Of a stretch of 64,000 nucleotides of DNA, positions 1-9,183 are shown piece by piece. The stretch spans positions 29,937 through 93,936 of the forward strand of contig PSPX01000002.1 in the NCBI GenBank assembly GCA_004195715.1. Direction: 5' to 3'. Origin of the DNA: Methanobacteriota archaeon. Lineage in GTDB: Archaea; Thermoplasmatota; Poseidoniia; Poseidoniales; Thalassarchaeaceae. The notes beneath the pieces are model-generated. The model was given only the letters and a program-made list of their open reading frames with translations. It ran no database searches and had not been told where the DNA came from. Within the stretch, counting starts at the first letter, position 1. The number at the start of each line of letters is the position of its first letter. The translations under genes and the position numbers were made by a program.

Positions 1-13
1 CCATAACGATTCG

Positions 14-2992
14 TCACGGAGGGTTGCCCGATCCTGCGGTAGTGATGGTCTGCGATTCGGGCGTGCCGTCCTGATTGGAATCAACAGTGATAACTGTGAC
101 AGTGATGCCTTGCGATGTCCCAGTTACATAGTCGATCTGAAAGCCGATCCAGGTGCTGTTGGTATGGTAGGCGTGACCTAGGGAGTTGATGTTCCACTCA
201 AGCACGTTATGCGAGAGATAAGCCTCCTGCAGAACCTCTATGTTGCCGCTAGACGAGAGCGAAAGATTCCTTGCGTGCCAGATGTTGGAATTGATCGAGA
301 AAGTCACGTTGCCGTCAGCATTGTCGTCCCTCTGCATCATGTGGTGGCGGTGGAACACCCTGCGATTGAGGAAGTCGTCGTTATTGGTGTCAGATCCCTG
401 CCAAGTCCTGCTTAGGTGGTCGTAGGTGTCCGGGCTGCCATCGGAGTTGTTGTCCCATGAAGACAGTCCGATGACGACCACGCGCTTGGCATGCAGGTTG
501 TGGTTCGAGTCGCGCCAGATTTCCATCGAGCGTGTCTCCTCGGTCTGGCTAGTCCAACCATGGGCGTGCTCATCGAGATAGGAGGCCTCTCTGACTCTTC
601 TGAAGATGTGTTCCTCGTAGCCGTCCTCATTAGAGTCCCACCATGTCAAGGTGGCAGTGTATGACTCACGCTGCTCTAGATGGCGATCAAAGTCCCAATC
701 TGTGGCGTTTGACATATGGATAGTGCGCTGTTTCCACTCAAGTATCCCATCGGCATCGTGGTCGATCGTTCGAGTCAGTGCGAATCGGTGGATGTGGTAC
801 TCGATCATTCCCCAGTCCCAATGCTGGTGCCATCCTCGCATCCGGGCAGTGTAGTCTAGATCGCCGTCGTGGTCAGTGTCGACCTTGAGGACCCCCGCTC
901 GCCATGTCCACTGCAATTCGACAACACCGTTCGAGTCATTGTCGAACTGAACGGTGTTCTGCTGAAGCGCTCGGACTACATCGACGCTACCATCTGAGTC
1001 TGTATCTCTCTTGACCACAGCGCGTAGATTGTCTCGATGACGGTCGGCATTACCATCCTCGGTAGGATCCCAAATCCATGAGGTGTGGTCTATGGTCATC
1101 CAGCGCTCTGGTGTGCCGTCGTCGTTGTTGTCAACTCTCAGGATGAATCGGGAGTGCGAGAAGTACGCTGTCAAAACCGAGCCAATGCCCTGGTCAACCA
1201 TCCTCTGATCTCGGTTCACAACCACTCTACGCTCGAGGTTGCCATCTTGGTCGGCATCAGTTCGAGCGTGGGCAAAGAGATGTATGTTGACATCCTCATA
1301 GGTGCCGTTGTCCCAAGTCCACACGGTTCTAGTCAGGACGTCGTGGCGCTCAGGGATACCGTCAGAGTTCTGATCAACTAGGTCGAGACCCCTGAAGCGG
1401 GTGAAGAACAGGTCGTCATTGCCGTCGCCGTCACGGTCCTGCGAACAGTGTGTGGTGCGCACTAGGATGATGCGTTCCGGCCCAGGGATGCCATCCGAAT
1501 CAAACCAGAACACTCCTATTGTCCTATGACACAGAGTCTCGGGCACGCCGTCGTTGTCCCAGTCCTCCCAGAAGCTGTCATTCCACCATGTGGCGGTGAC
1601 TTGTGAAATTGAACGCAAGTAGGTTTGTTCCTGCATCGAGGCGTCATCCACATCGCCCCACGCCTCGTTGAAAACTGGGTTGACAATCTCGATATCAGCT
1701 TCATTGTAGAAGGGAATCGGAGTGAGTTCATCCTCAGATGGGCCCTCTCCCTCGTTGACGACACTACTCTCGATCATCAGAGAGTCGCTAGGGATAGTGT
1801 CGGTCGCCTCCTCGTCACCGACCTCGTCGCGCACTGATTCCTCGTCGGTGGTTACCCAGTCATCGACCTCTTGGTCATCATCATAGTATCCGTCTCCATC
1901 TGGGTCGAAGTCAGACTGCCAGTCATACTCAGAGTCCCCCTGAGCTTCAGTAACCTCGTCGACAGTACCATCGCCGTCGGGGTCGAGTCCCTGCTCGACT
2001 TCGTTCTCCAACTGCCCCTCAGCCTCGTCCTCCAGCTCGTCCTGGAGTTGCGCGGCCTCTAGATCGTCGACGACCGAGACCACTTCGACGTGGAACACAC
2101 GCTCGGTGGTTATCCCGGTGGGCCCTGTGGCAGTCACGCGGACCACGTAGATGCCTTCTTCGGAGTACTGGTGCGATTCTTCAGCCAGAGCTGGGTCGGA
2201 TGTGGAGTCGTCGCCCCAGTCAATGGATACAGAGGTCGACCCTAGTGGGTCCTCTACTACAGTGGCGATGCTGAGCTCACCGGCCAGATTGAGGTGGATG
2301 CGTCCCTGGGGAGAAGGATTGGTTGAGACGGTGAGCAATGGGGCATTTGCGTCGTCAATTCTTATCGATTCCTGCGCGGTGGCTAGGAAACCCGAGGAAT
2401 CAGTGGCCGAGACACGAACTGAGTAGGTACCTGGCTCACCCCAAATATGCTGACCAGAGAGGTCGCGCAAAGTGACCCCATCTGAGAAATCCACCTCCAC
2501 AACTAGATTGTCTCCATCAGGGTCGGCAGCGTCCACGGACCAAGCAATGGGGATTCCTGCAATGCCCACGGAAGGGAGTTCAAGAGAGACAGTGGGCGCT
2601 CTGTTGGGCTCAAGTAGTGTGAATATGACTGTTGACACGGTAGAGGCGCCCATTGAATCAGTCAACTCTACCTCGATGGTGTGGGTCCCAACTGAGAGGA
2701 ATCCCGCATCGTAGGCCAGGCTGTTGGAAGTCTGGACGAGTACACCATCGAGGCGCCAATTGGCGATGAAAGGGGCGGTTCCCTCTTCGATGACGGCATT
2801 TGCGATAATCAGGTCGCTGGCCGAGATCGGCGAGCCTTCGATAGTCACACTGGCGGTCACTACCGACGGCTCTGGCTGCCCAACAATCTCATCGGTGGCA
2901 CTCAAGCATCCGGAACCCAGCATCAGGGCAACTAGGAACAGACCGGTATGGATTCGGTGTCGGCTATTTCTTTCTCGGGCAGTCCTGTACAT
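14..2992 (-). CDS. Large acidic secreted lipoprotein: lipobox, Ig/PKD domains, acidic linker, C-terminal array of 21-aa Dx[DN]xDG repeats
   Basis: Hydrophobic signal ending LGSGC. Two PKD-like domains (DFSDG...HIWGEPGTYSVRVSATD; DWGDD...HQYSEEGIYVVRVTAT). Start ATG 2992 preferred over 3016 because a TATA-like CTTTAAG lies about 25 nt upstream. Confidence 0.75.
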   Translation of the reverse strand: MYRTARERNSRHRIHTGLFLVALMLGSGCLSATDEIVGQPEPSVVTASVTIEGSPISASDLIIANAVIEEGTAPFIANWRLDGVLVQTSNSLAYDAGFLSVGTHTIEVELTDSMGASTVSTVIFTLLEPNRAPTVSLELPSVGIAGIPIAWSVDAADPDGDNLVVEVDFSDGVTLRDLSGQHIWGEPGTYSVRVSATDSSGFLATAQESIRIDDANAPLLTVSTNPSPQGRIHLNLAGELSIATVVEDPLGSTSVSIDWGDDSTSDPALAEESHQYSEEGIYVVRVTATGPTGITTERVFHVEVVSVVDDLEAAQLQDELEDEAEGQLENEVEQGLDPDGDGTVDEVTEAQGDSEYDWQSDFDPDGDGYYDDDQEVDDWVTTDEESVRDEVGDEEATDTIPSDSLMIESSVVNEGEGPSEDELTPIPFYNEADIEIVNPVFNEAWGDVDDASMQEQTYLRSISQVTATWWNDSFWEDWDNDGVPETLCHRTIGVFWFDSDGIPGPERIILVRTTHCSQDRDGDGNDDLFFTRFRGLDLVDQNSDGIPERHDVLTRTVWTWDNGTYEDVNIHLFAHARTDADQDGNLERRVVVNRDQRMVDQGIGSVLTAYFSHSRFILRVDNNDDGTPERWMTIDHTSWIWDPTEDGNADRHRDNLRAVVKRDTDSDGSVDVVRALQQNTVQFDNDSNGVVELQWTWRAGVLKVDTDHDGDLDYTARMRGWHQHWDWGMIEYHIHRFALTRTIDHDADGILEWKQRTIHMSNATDWDFDRHLEQRESYTATLTWWDSNEDGYEEHIFRRVREASYLDEHAHGWTSQTEETRSMEIWRDSNHNLHAKRVVVIGLSSWDNNSDGSPDTYDHLSRTWQGSDTNNDDFLNRRVFHRHHMMQRDDNADGNVTFSINSNIWHARNLSLSSSGNIEVLQEAYLSHNVLEWNINSLGHAYHTNSTWIGFQIDYVTGTSQGITVTVITVDSNQDGTPESQTITTAGSGNPP
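266..1564 (-). repeat. Protein-level tandem repeat, 21 units, consensus D-x-[DN]-x-D-G-x-x-[ED] plus ~12-aa strand
   Basis: Counted from the translation: 17 of the first 20 units are exactly 21 aa and the other three are 18, 18 and 19 aa (sum 412 aa, matching 1236 nt). No DNA-level identity is evident. Confidence 0.85.
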
Positions 2993-3044
2993 CAACCAGA
3001 GGGCGTCCCTTGCCACCTTAAAGGAAAGTGGGTCATTGGATTTG

Positions 3045-4037
3045 TCAAAGCCTCGAAGAGAGAGGCTCTACGAGCGTCGTCCATAGCCTCAAGCCCTCTT
3101 CAGTAAGCTCACGATTGGTTCGCAATCCACTCCTTCTGCGGATGATTAGCCCCTGTGATTCGAGTCTCTTCAGGTGGTGCCCTACCAGTTGCTGACTAGT
3201 CTCAAGTCTCGATGCTAATTCCCTCTGTGTCGGAGAGGGTTGTCCGTCCTCTTGCTCGGCGATCGAGCGCAGCACCATCAGAGCCACGTCACTGAGTTGA
3301 TTGGTATCGACTGGACGAGGCAGATTGGATAACTCTGCGGCGCGGTCGACTGCCGAAGTGTAGTAGCGCAGTAGGCGACCGTCGCGCCTGCACCACACAC
3401 GGCCCTCGTTCTCGAGAATCCTGAGGTGGTGCACTGCCTGATGGTTGCCCATCTTGAGAGCGCGGATTATACCAGAGAGGTGGCAGCCGGGATGTGCAGT
3501 AAGAAAACCCTCGAGTCGCCCTCTCTGGTAGGTCCCGGCCAGTGTGCCAGAACCCTCGGTGACCCTGAGTTGTGAGAAGCGGCCCATGGATCTAGCCATC
3601 TTCGCCCTTGTCGGCTCATCTCCTGCTGAAACCAAAGCGAGAGAGAACAGGATGACTGCGAGGAATGCGGAGGCGTATGGGACAACTGGCAATGAAAAAT
3701 CTAGGTTCGCTCCTCTATCTTGAGATTCCGGGGTGTCTTGCTGTAATTCCTGCTGATCATCTGCGATGATTCCATTGATGGTCCATGTCCCAGCCGTCGA
3801 ACCACTCACTGAAACATCTACCAACTCGCCTACGATAGGACTGAGGAACAGCCCTGCCTCGGGCTGCGGCTCGTGCAGCAGGCCCTGAGAGTCCTCCAGC
3901 ATCCACACACCAGGGGATGTCCGCACCCAGGTGGCCTCCTGATCTGCGGCAACAGAGGGGGCAGAAACAATGAGCAGTGTAGTCAGCACAGCGATGATGG
4001 AAACCGTGCGTGTGGCACACGCTTGCGCCCTTGCCAT
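3045..4037 (-). CDS. Membrane-anchored winged helix-turn-helix transcription regulator (signal/TM, extracellular segment, TM, two wHTH)
   Basis: N-terminal hydrophobic stretch ending SVAA and a second TM (YASAFLAVILFSLALVSA). HTH-like segments HPGCHLSGIIRALKMGNHQAVHHLRILE and TQRELASRLETSQQLVGHHLKRLE. Confidence 0.7.
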   Translation of the reverse strand: MARAQACATRTVSIIAVLTTLLIVSAPSVAADQEATWVRTSPGVWMLEDSQGLLHEPQPEAGLFLSPIVGELVDVSVSGSTAGTWTINGIIADDQQELQQDTPESQDRGANLDFSLPVVPYASAFLAVILFSLALVSAGDEPTRAKMARSMGRFSQLRVTEGSGTLAGTYQRGRLEGFLTAHPGCHLSGIIRALKMGNHQAVHHLRILENEGRVWCRRDGRLLRYYTSAVDRAAELSNLPRPVDTNQLSDVALMVLRSIAEQEDGQPSPTQRELASRLETSQQLVGHHLKRLESQGLIIRRRSGLRTNRELTEEGLRLWTTLVEPLSSRL

Positions 4038-4098
4038 GCGAAATCGGAGATGCTTGCAGGGGTTAAGGGTCGTGGGTTGTCGCGTTTGTCAGGAATCG

Positions 4099-4695
4099 TT
4101 ACTCGCTGTCAACTGCTTCCGCTAGTCCCGTCCACCAGCCCATCAAAGGAAAAATCAGTAACAATCCCAATAATCCGCCGACAAGCCAAGCTAGCGGGTT
4201 CTCAATCAGGCTGAGGAACTCGTCACCCCAAATCCCAAGCACTATTCCCTCCATACCGAACCTTATGCCTCGGCCGAAGAGACCCGCTGCGATGAACAGC
4301 CTGAGGTCCATCCTGCCGGCCCCCGCAGCCCATGCCAGCGCCTTGTAGGGGATCGGGGAGACTGCTGCGAGGAAGATGCCGACGGACCCATACCTAATCA
4401 TCAGGGCATCGAGTCTGGCAACTGTGGCATCGCTGGCGAAACGCCCGAGTATCGGTCTGCCAGCATAGGCACCGATTCCATAGCCCCCTACTGCTCCAAC
4501 CACGCTCGAGAAGGTAGCAACTAGGACGATGGCTAGGATATCGAGAGAACTATCGGTCCCGAGGACCATAGGGATGACCAGTAAGTCGGGCGGTGCTGGT
4601 TGGAAGGCTGCTTCGGAGGCCGAAACGATGGCCAAACCTAGCAGACCCCATTCACCCGCCCAATCGATTATCGAGCCTATAACACCCTCTAACAC
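4099..4695 (-). CDS. DedA/YqaA family (VTT domain) membrane protein
   Basis: SEAAFQPAPPDLLVIP, GAVGGYGIG, SPIPYKALAWAAG, GRGIRF motifs. GTG 4695 chosen to avoid overlap with the divergent gene. Confidence 0.85.
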   Translation of the reverse strand: MLEGVIGSIIDWAGEWGLLGLAIVSASEAAFQPAPPDLLVIPMVLGTDSSLDILAIVLVATFSSVVGAVGGYGIGAYAGRPILGRFASDATVARLDALMIRYGSVGIFLAAVSPIPYKALAWAAGAGRMDLRLFIAAGLFGRGIRFGMEGIVLGIWGDEFLSLIENPLAWLVGGLLGLLLIFPLMGWWTGLAEAVDSE

Positions 4696-4794
4696 GTACC
4701 TTCGTCCATCCTTTTCGGGATGAACGTTGCTTCCCGCGGACACTGGCTAGGCACGGAGGCGACCCCTGAAAGCGCAGCCGACCTCCGCCCGAGC

Positions 4795-5292
4795 ATGGCG
4801 GAGGGTGAGGTCTTGGACACCGCTGCGCTAATCGCGTGGCCTCTGGAGAGGATGCGGGGCAGCCTCGTTGTCCCCTCTCAGAGAGCAGAGCTCTCCCGAA
4901 TATCGCCAGATCGCGAGATTATGCTCGACGCAGCAGAACTAGAATGGGCATCTCCGGGATCTGCTGCGATTGCTCGAGCCAGTGACCTCGCCACCACCAC
5001 AGGGGACATGGCTGGCCTGTCGCCTGTCGACCTCGAATTGCTGGCGCTGGCCATCGAGAGGGTCGCAACTCTGGCAACTGATGATTACAGACTGCAGAAT
5101 TTGTGTGAGTTAGGCGGAGTGCCTTGGCTCTCTGTGACCATGGAGGGCATAAGCTCACTTTGGTCCTGGGAGTTGCGCTGTACGGGGTGCGGGGCGGTAC
5201 TCCCCTCTCCCGGCACACCTAGTTCCCGCCGAGAATTGGGAAACTGTTCTGATTGTGGTTCCACTCTCAAACTGAGTCGTAAGAAGGACTGA
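4795..5292 (+). CDS. nob1: NOB1 family endoribonuclease (PIN domain plus Zn ribbon)
   Basis: VLDTAALI, LSPVDLELLALA, TDDYRLQN, and CTGC...CSDCGS zinc ribbon. Confidence 0.85.
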   Translation: MAEGEVLDTAALIAWPLERMRGSLVVPSQRAELSRISPDREIMLDAAELEWASPGSAAIARASDLATTTGDMAGLSPVDLELLALAIERVATLATDDYRLQNLCELGGVPWLSVTMEGISSLWSWELRCTGCGAVLPSPGTPSSRRELGNCSDCGSTLKLSRKKD

Positions 5293-5502
5293 TTATTCGG
5301 CCTCGTCAGCGACATCTTCAGTCATGCCGCCTCTGTCCATATCGCGCTCGGATTCGGATGGACTTCTGACCTCACTCACTGCCATTTCATACTCACCTTT
5401 AGCCAATCCGAGACTGCGGGCCAACTCTGGTATCTTCTTGGAGCCGAATAACAGTACTGCAAATCCAATCAGAATCGCCATCTCTGTAGTTCCTATTGCC
5501 AT
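5293..5502 (-). CDS. tatA: Twin-arginine translocase TatA/E subunit
   Basis: GTTEMAILIGFAVLLFGSKKIPELARSLG matches the TatA TM/FG hinge/amphipathic helix. Confidence 0.92.
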   Translation of the reverse strand: MAIGTTEMAILIGFAVLLFGSKKIPELARSLGLAKGEYEMAVSEVRSPSESERDMDRGGMTEDVADEAE

Positions 5503-5557
5503 GCTATCATCCCTAGGTGAGAGTGTCCTCGTTCAAATGCTTCGGCTCGGTAGCCTG

Positions 5558-5815
5558 TCAACCGCCAGAAACAGGAGGGAGGAAGGCTACCTCGGAAGAA
5601 TCGGCCAGTGGGGCATCGAGAGATGCTCCTATCTGACCGTCGATTGCCACTCTGAGGCCAGAATCGAGGTATTCTGAGAGCTCGAACCTGTTGATTAGTT
5701 GCTCAGCGGTGGTTCCGAACTTGAGTGCGACCTCAATCTCGCGTTCGCCTATCCTCTCGGCTAGCGGTCCGAAGAACAGCATTCTAACCTTGACAGCCTT
5801 CCCTGTGTCAGCCAC
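5558..5815 (-). CDS. MoaD/SAMP1-type ubiquitin-like sulfur carrier
   Basis: VKVRMLFFG...VAFLPPVSGG with C-terminal GG, 85 aa. Confidence 0.88.
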   Translation of the reverse strand: MADTGKAVKVRMLFFGPLAERIGEREIEVALKFGTTAEQLINRFELSEYLDSGLRVAIDGQIGASLDAPLADSSEVAFLPPVSGG

Positions 5816-5892
5816 GCACCACCGAACTCAGCGGCTCCCATCAACCCATCTCCCTCGCAGGGACTATACCGCCCACGCACCGCGAAGGGGCG

Positions 5893-6585
5893 ATGAGCGA
5901 ACTCGGTGCCGTGGTCTTCGACTGCGATGGTGTTCTCACAGACAACGGCTCCTCGTGGCAGAACATTCACGATTACTTCGGGACTGAAAACCTCGAGACC
6001 TTGGAGCGTTTCCTCAATCGTGAAATCAGCGATGACGAGTTCATGGCAGAAGACATACGCCTGTGGACAGCGGTGCAGCCTCGCATACATCGTGATGACA
6101 TCATGCGATGCTATTCCGGCATCACCCTGATGACCGGGGCACGTGATGTCGTGCGCGAATTGCAGGAGAGGGGGGTCTTCGTGGCCATAGTCTCCGCGGG
6201 CGTAGATGTCTTCGTCGCGAGTATAGCATCGATGCTCAAGGTCGATGACTGGGTCGCCAATGGCTTCGACTGGGATGACGACGGTTGGCTGCGCGGGCCC
6301 GCACCCTCGCGTGTTAACTCTCACGAGAAGGGGCTGTTGGTAGAGAAACTGGCTAGGATCGAGGGAATTGACCCGTCGGGAATCGTCTCAGTGGGAGATT
6401 CCAGTACGGACTTGTCAATGATGATCCCTGGCTCTCGGTTCATCGGTTTCAACCCGGCCCGGCAGAGGGCTGTGGATGCCTTCAAGAGAGCAGGGGTGCC
6501 GGTGGTGGAAGGCGATGATCTGCGTGATCTCTGGCAGTATCTGTATGGCGGCGAGGATTTTCCCGATTCAGGCGAAGGGGATTGA
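5893..6585 (+). CDS. HAD-superfamily phosphatase, SerB-like
   Basis: Motif I FDCDGVLT, motif II IVSAG, K in HEKG, motif IV VGDSSTDLSM. Confidence 0.8.
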   Translation: MSELGAVVFDCDGVLTDNGSSWQNIHDYFGTENLETLERFLNREISDDEFMAEDIRLWTAVQPRIHRDDIMRCYSGITLMTGARDVVRELQERGVFVAIVSAGVDVFVASIASMLKVDDWVANGFDWDDDGWLRGPAPSRVNSHEKGLLVEKLARIEGIDPSGIVSVGDSSTDLSMMIPGSRFIGFNPARQRAVDAFKRAGVPVVEGDDLRDLWQYLYGGEDFPDSGEGD

Positions 6586-8190
6586 GGCCGTGGCGTGCGT
6601 GTGCAGATTGACGATTGTCAGGATGCAGGGCTTGGGCTGGAACCCCAGCATACGTTGGTAGTCGGTCTGATCCTGCCAGGTCGAACTGTGTACCATCGTG
6701 GTTCCTTTGTGGTTGCCTACGTAGTGCCCATGCACGTGACCAGTCACGAAGATATCGGGGACAGTTGAGATGACCATTCTATCCTCCGGCTCGGGGGAAA
6801 GCGGAGTCTTTCCACCCCATGACGGAGCTAGGTGCCTGCGTTCCATCATTGCCCTCATCGCTAATTCCGGAGATGAGTAAGTTACAGAGCGAAGTCCTGC
6901 GACGAAGTCGTCGATACTCTTGCCGTGGTACGACAGTATACGAACGCCGTGCAGACTGAAGTCGCACGGATTGCCCACGAACACTGCGTCTGAGTAGTCC
7001 TGTTGGACCTCTGGGTCCAACGCCGGTTGCGGCTCGGCTGGACGAACCGCGTCGTGGTTGCCCGGCAGGATCATCAAATCGACCCAGTCGGGAAGATCCT
7101 CCAGCAGCCTTGCCAGCTCGCCGTACTGGTTGAACAGGTCCTTGATGGCGAGGTGACGCTCTTGGCCCGGATAGATACCCACGCCGTCGACACCGTCGCC
7201 ACTCAGTACGAAGTACTTCACAGTCCGGGCTAGAGGGTCATTTCTGAACCACTCAATCATTTTCTCCCATTGTGGTGCTAGGAAGGTCTTACTGCCAACA
7301 TGAACATCGGACAGGAAGGCGGCTGAGACGGCCTCGGCCTCACTGGCAGCGGACTTGGAATGCCTTCCCAATGGAGGCATGTGGATGTCGCTCACCGAGA
7401 AATATGGATCCCTGTTCCCTATCACGAAGTGACCGCTGACTCCGACTACATCGTCGTTCATCAGGCCATCCAGCGATGGGTGGAAGCTAGAGGCCCCAGT
7501 GGGTTCCTTCAGCATGCACCTGACCTGCATGGAGTCGTCTTCGATATCAAACCACAGATAGCCTCCTTTGGACCACTTATCCACGCTGACAAGACCCACC
7601 AAAGTGACTTCGTAATCTCGACTCGAGTGACGCTGCCTGTTGCGCCACGCCTCCGAGACACTGATTGGGCGACGCGGCAGAACTCTACCTGAGATCATCA
7701 TCTGGCGAATCTGACGCAGCCTGTCAGAGAAGCACGACCTTATGTCGTTCATCTTACCCTCCGTAGTCGAGTTGCCCGTGATATCGAAGTGAATCTCAAT
7801 TTCCGAGTCGACATCCTTGGCCTGCATTGGGAAGTCGTCGAGGTTGTAGTAATCAAGGCCGTGGCGACGCACTGGAGGGGAGAGCACCTGGGACCCTACG
7901 GGTGCCAGTGTCCGGCCGATAGAAGATTGGCTCTCCGGATCCGGCAGAGTTGCCTGTTCGGACCTTGGAGTGCCCTGAGGTGCATCGATGGTCTCCTCAG
8001 TCGGGACCAGTGTCAGCATCTCCTCTACGGCCCTCTCACTGAGCATCACAACATTCGATCTCTGAGCTGCTTCGATTAAGGATGAGATGTCAGAGAGGCG
8101 CTGAATCCTCTCTTGGGCCGCCTTACCGAGCACGAGCAGCCCCGCAGCGGTCAGTTGACGCTGCCGATTCGCCCATTCCTCATCGACCAT
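6568..8190 (-). CDS. dp1: DNA polymerase D small (proofreading exonuclease) subunit DP1
   Basis: OB fold followed by calcineurin-like motifs SDVHVGS, GDGVDGVGIYPGQ, PGNHDAVR, YHGKSIDD, RRHLAP, GHVH. Confidence 0.95.
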   Translation of the reverse strand: MVDEEWANRQRQLTAAGLLVLGKAAQERIQRLSDISSLIEAAQRSNVVMLSERAVEEMLTLVPTEETIDAPQGTPRSEQATLPDPESQSSIGRTLAPVGSQVLSPPVRRHGLDYYNLDDFPMQAKDVDSEIEIHFDITGNSTTEGKMNDIRSCFSDRLRQIRQMMISGRVLPRRPISVSEAWRNRQRHSSRDYEVTLVGLVSVDKWSKGGYLWFDIEDDSMQVRCMLKEPTGASSFHPSLDGLMNDDVVGVSGHFVIGNRDPYFSVSDIHMPPLGRHSKSAASEAEAVSAAFLSDVHVGSKTFLAPQWEKMIEWFRNDPLARTVKYFVLSGDGVDGVGIYPGQERHLAIKDLFNQYGELARLLEDLPDWVDLMILPGNHDAVRPAEPQPALDPEVQQDYSDAVFVGNPCDFSLHGVRILSYHGKSIDDFVAGLRSVTYSSPELAMRAMMERRHLAPSWGGKTPLSPEPEDRMVISTVPDIFVTGHVHGHYVGNHKGTTMVHSSTWQDQTDYQRMLGFQPKPCILTIVNLHTHATASIPFA

Positions 8191-8262
8191 CCTTAGCGGG
8201 TGTGCCGGGAACGCTCATGATAATATCGCAGGAATTCCAGTGCCGGTGCCATAGGCACCGAT

Positions 8263-8952
8263 TCAGTCGTCCCAATCTGTGAGTGAAGCGAGATCGACCT
8301 CGGATATCTCCTCGGCCACCGTCTTCTTGGTGCCCTGCCATCTCATGCTGCCTTCCCACTCCTCGTCAGACGGGTCGAGCCCGGAGGTGTCTATCTCAGC
8401 ACCCTCGACCTGTCCGTTGGACGCTTTGGACTCCCTCTCCTCGTTTTCTTCCACCCTGTCTAGGGCCTCGAGAGCCAGTCTGAGCGCGAAGGCGGCGAAA
8501 GATCGCTTGTTGTCCAGCCGGTCGTTATCACCATAGTCCATCCTCCTGACTAGGAAATAATCCTCGGTTACCACTGCCACGTGCACCCTGCCAACCTCCT
8601 TGTCAGCGGTCGCACCCCCTGGTCCAGCGATTCCGGTGATGGAGATTGCCACGTCTGAGTCCGACTGGTAGCGCGCTCCTCGGGCCATCTGCACTGCGAC
8701 CTCGTGTGAAACGGCTCCGGCCTCGCCCTCGTCAAACGCCGTCTTCTCGACACCGAGTTCGCGCATCTTGGACCCGTTGGAGTAGACCACCCATCCTTGC
8801 TTGAACCATTCAGACGCTCCAGAGATGTCAGTAATCAATGATGCCAGCAGCCCTCCTGTGCAAGACTCGGCGGTCGATACGGTCCAACCTCGCATGCGAA
8901 GTCGGCGGGTCACTCGGGAAGCCAGTCCCGCAGTCTCTTCGACCACGTTCAC
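8263..8952 (-). CDS. cinA: CinA C-terminal/PncC nicotinamide-nucleotide amidohydrolase with acidic tail
   Basis: TAESCTGGL, GAVSHEVAVQMARGA, SITGIAGPGG motifs. Confidence 0.88.
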   Translation of the reverse strand: MNVVEETAGLASRVTRRLRMRGWTVSTAESCTGGLLASLITDISGASEWFKQGWVVYSNGSKMRELGVEKTAFDEGEAGAVSHEVAVQMARGARYQSDSDVAISITGIAGPGGATADKEVGRVHVAVVTEDYFLVRRMDYGDNDRLDNKRSFAAFALRLALEALDRVEENEERESKASNGQVEGAEIDTSGLDPSDEEWEGSMRWQGTKKTVAEEISEVDLASLTDWDD

Positions 8953-9048
8953 CGGCCATGGCCGACACTCTTGAGAGTTTCACTCACCTCTCGGAGCCGA
9001 ATAGGGACTCAATAGTGCGATTGACGGAGTCTGACGTCGTTTTACGCT

Positions 9049-9124
9049 TGGTGGGTCCGGCAGGAATTGAACCTGCGATCTTCGCTTTGTAAAAGCGACG
9101 TCATAACCCCTAGACCACGGACCC
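9049..9124 (-). tRNA. tRNA-Val(TAC), CCA encoded
   Basis: Reverse complement folds as a 76-nt cloverleaf: anticodon arm TCGCT-TTTACAA-AGCGA, T loop TTCAATT, ends ACCA. Confidence 0.95.
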
Positions 9125-9183
9125 TAGGAGAGCGCACGGGCGTTGTGTTCAAATCCTCTGCGGCTTAGTGACAGTACAGAGGA

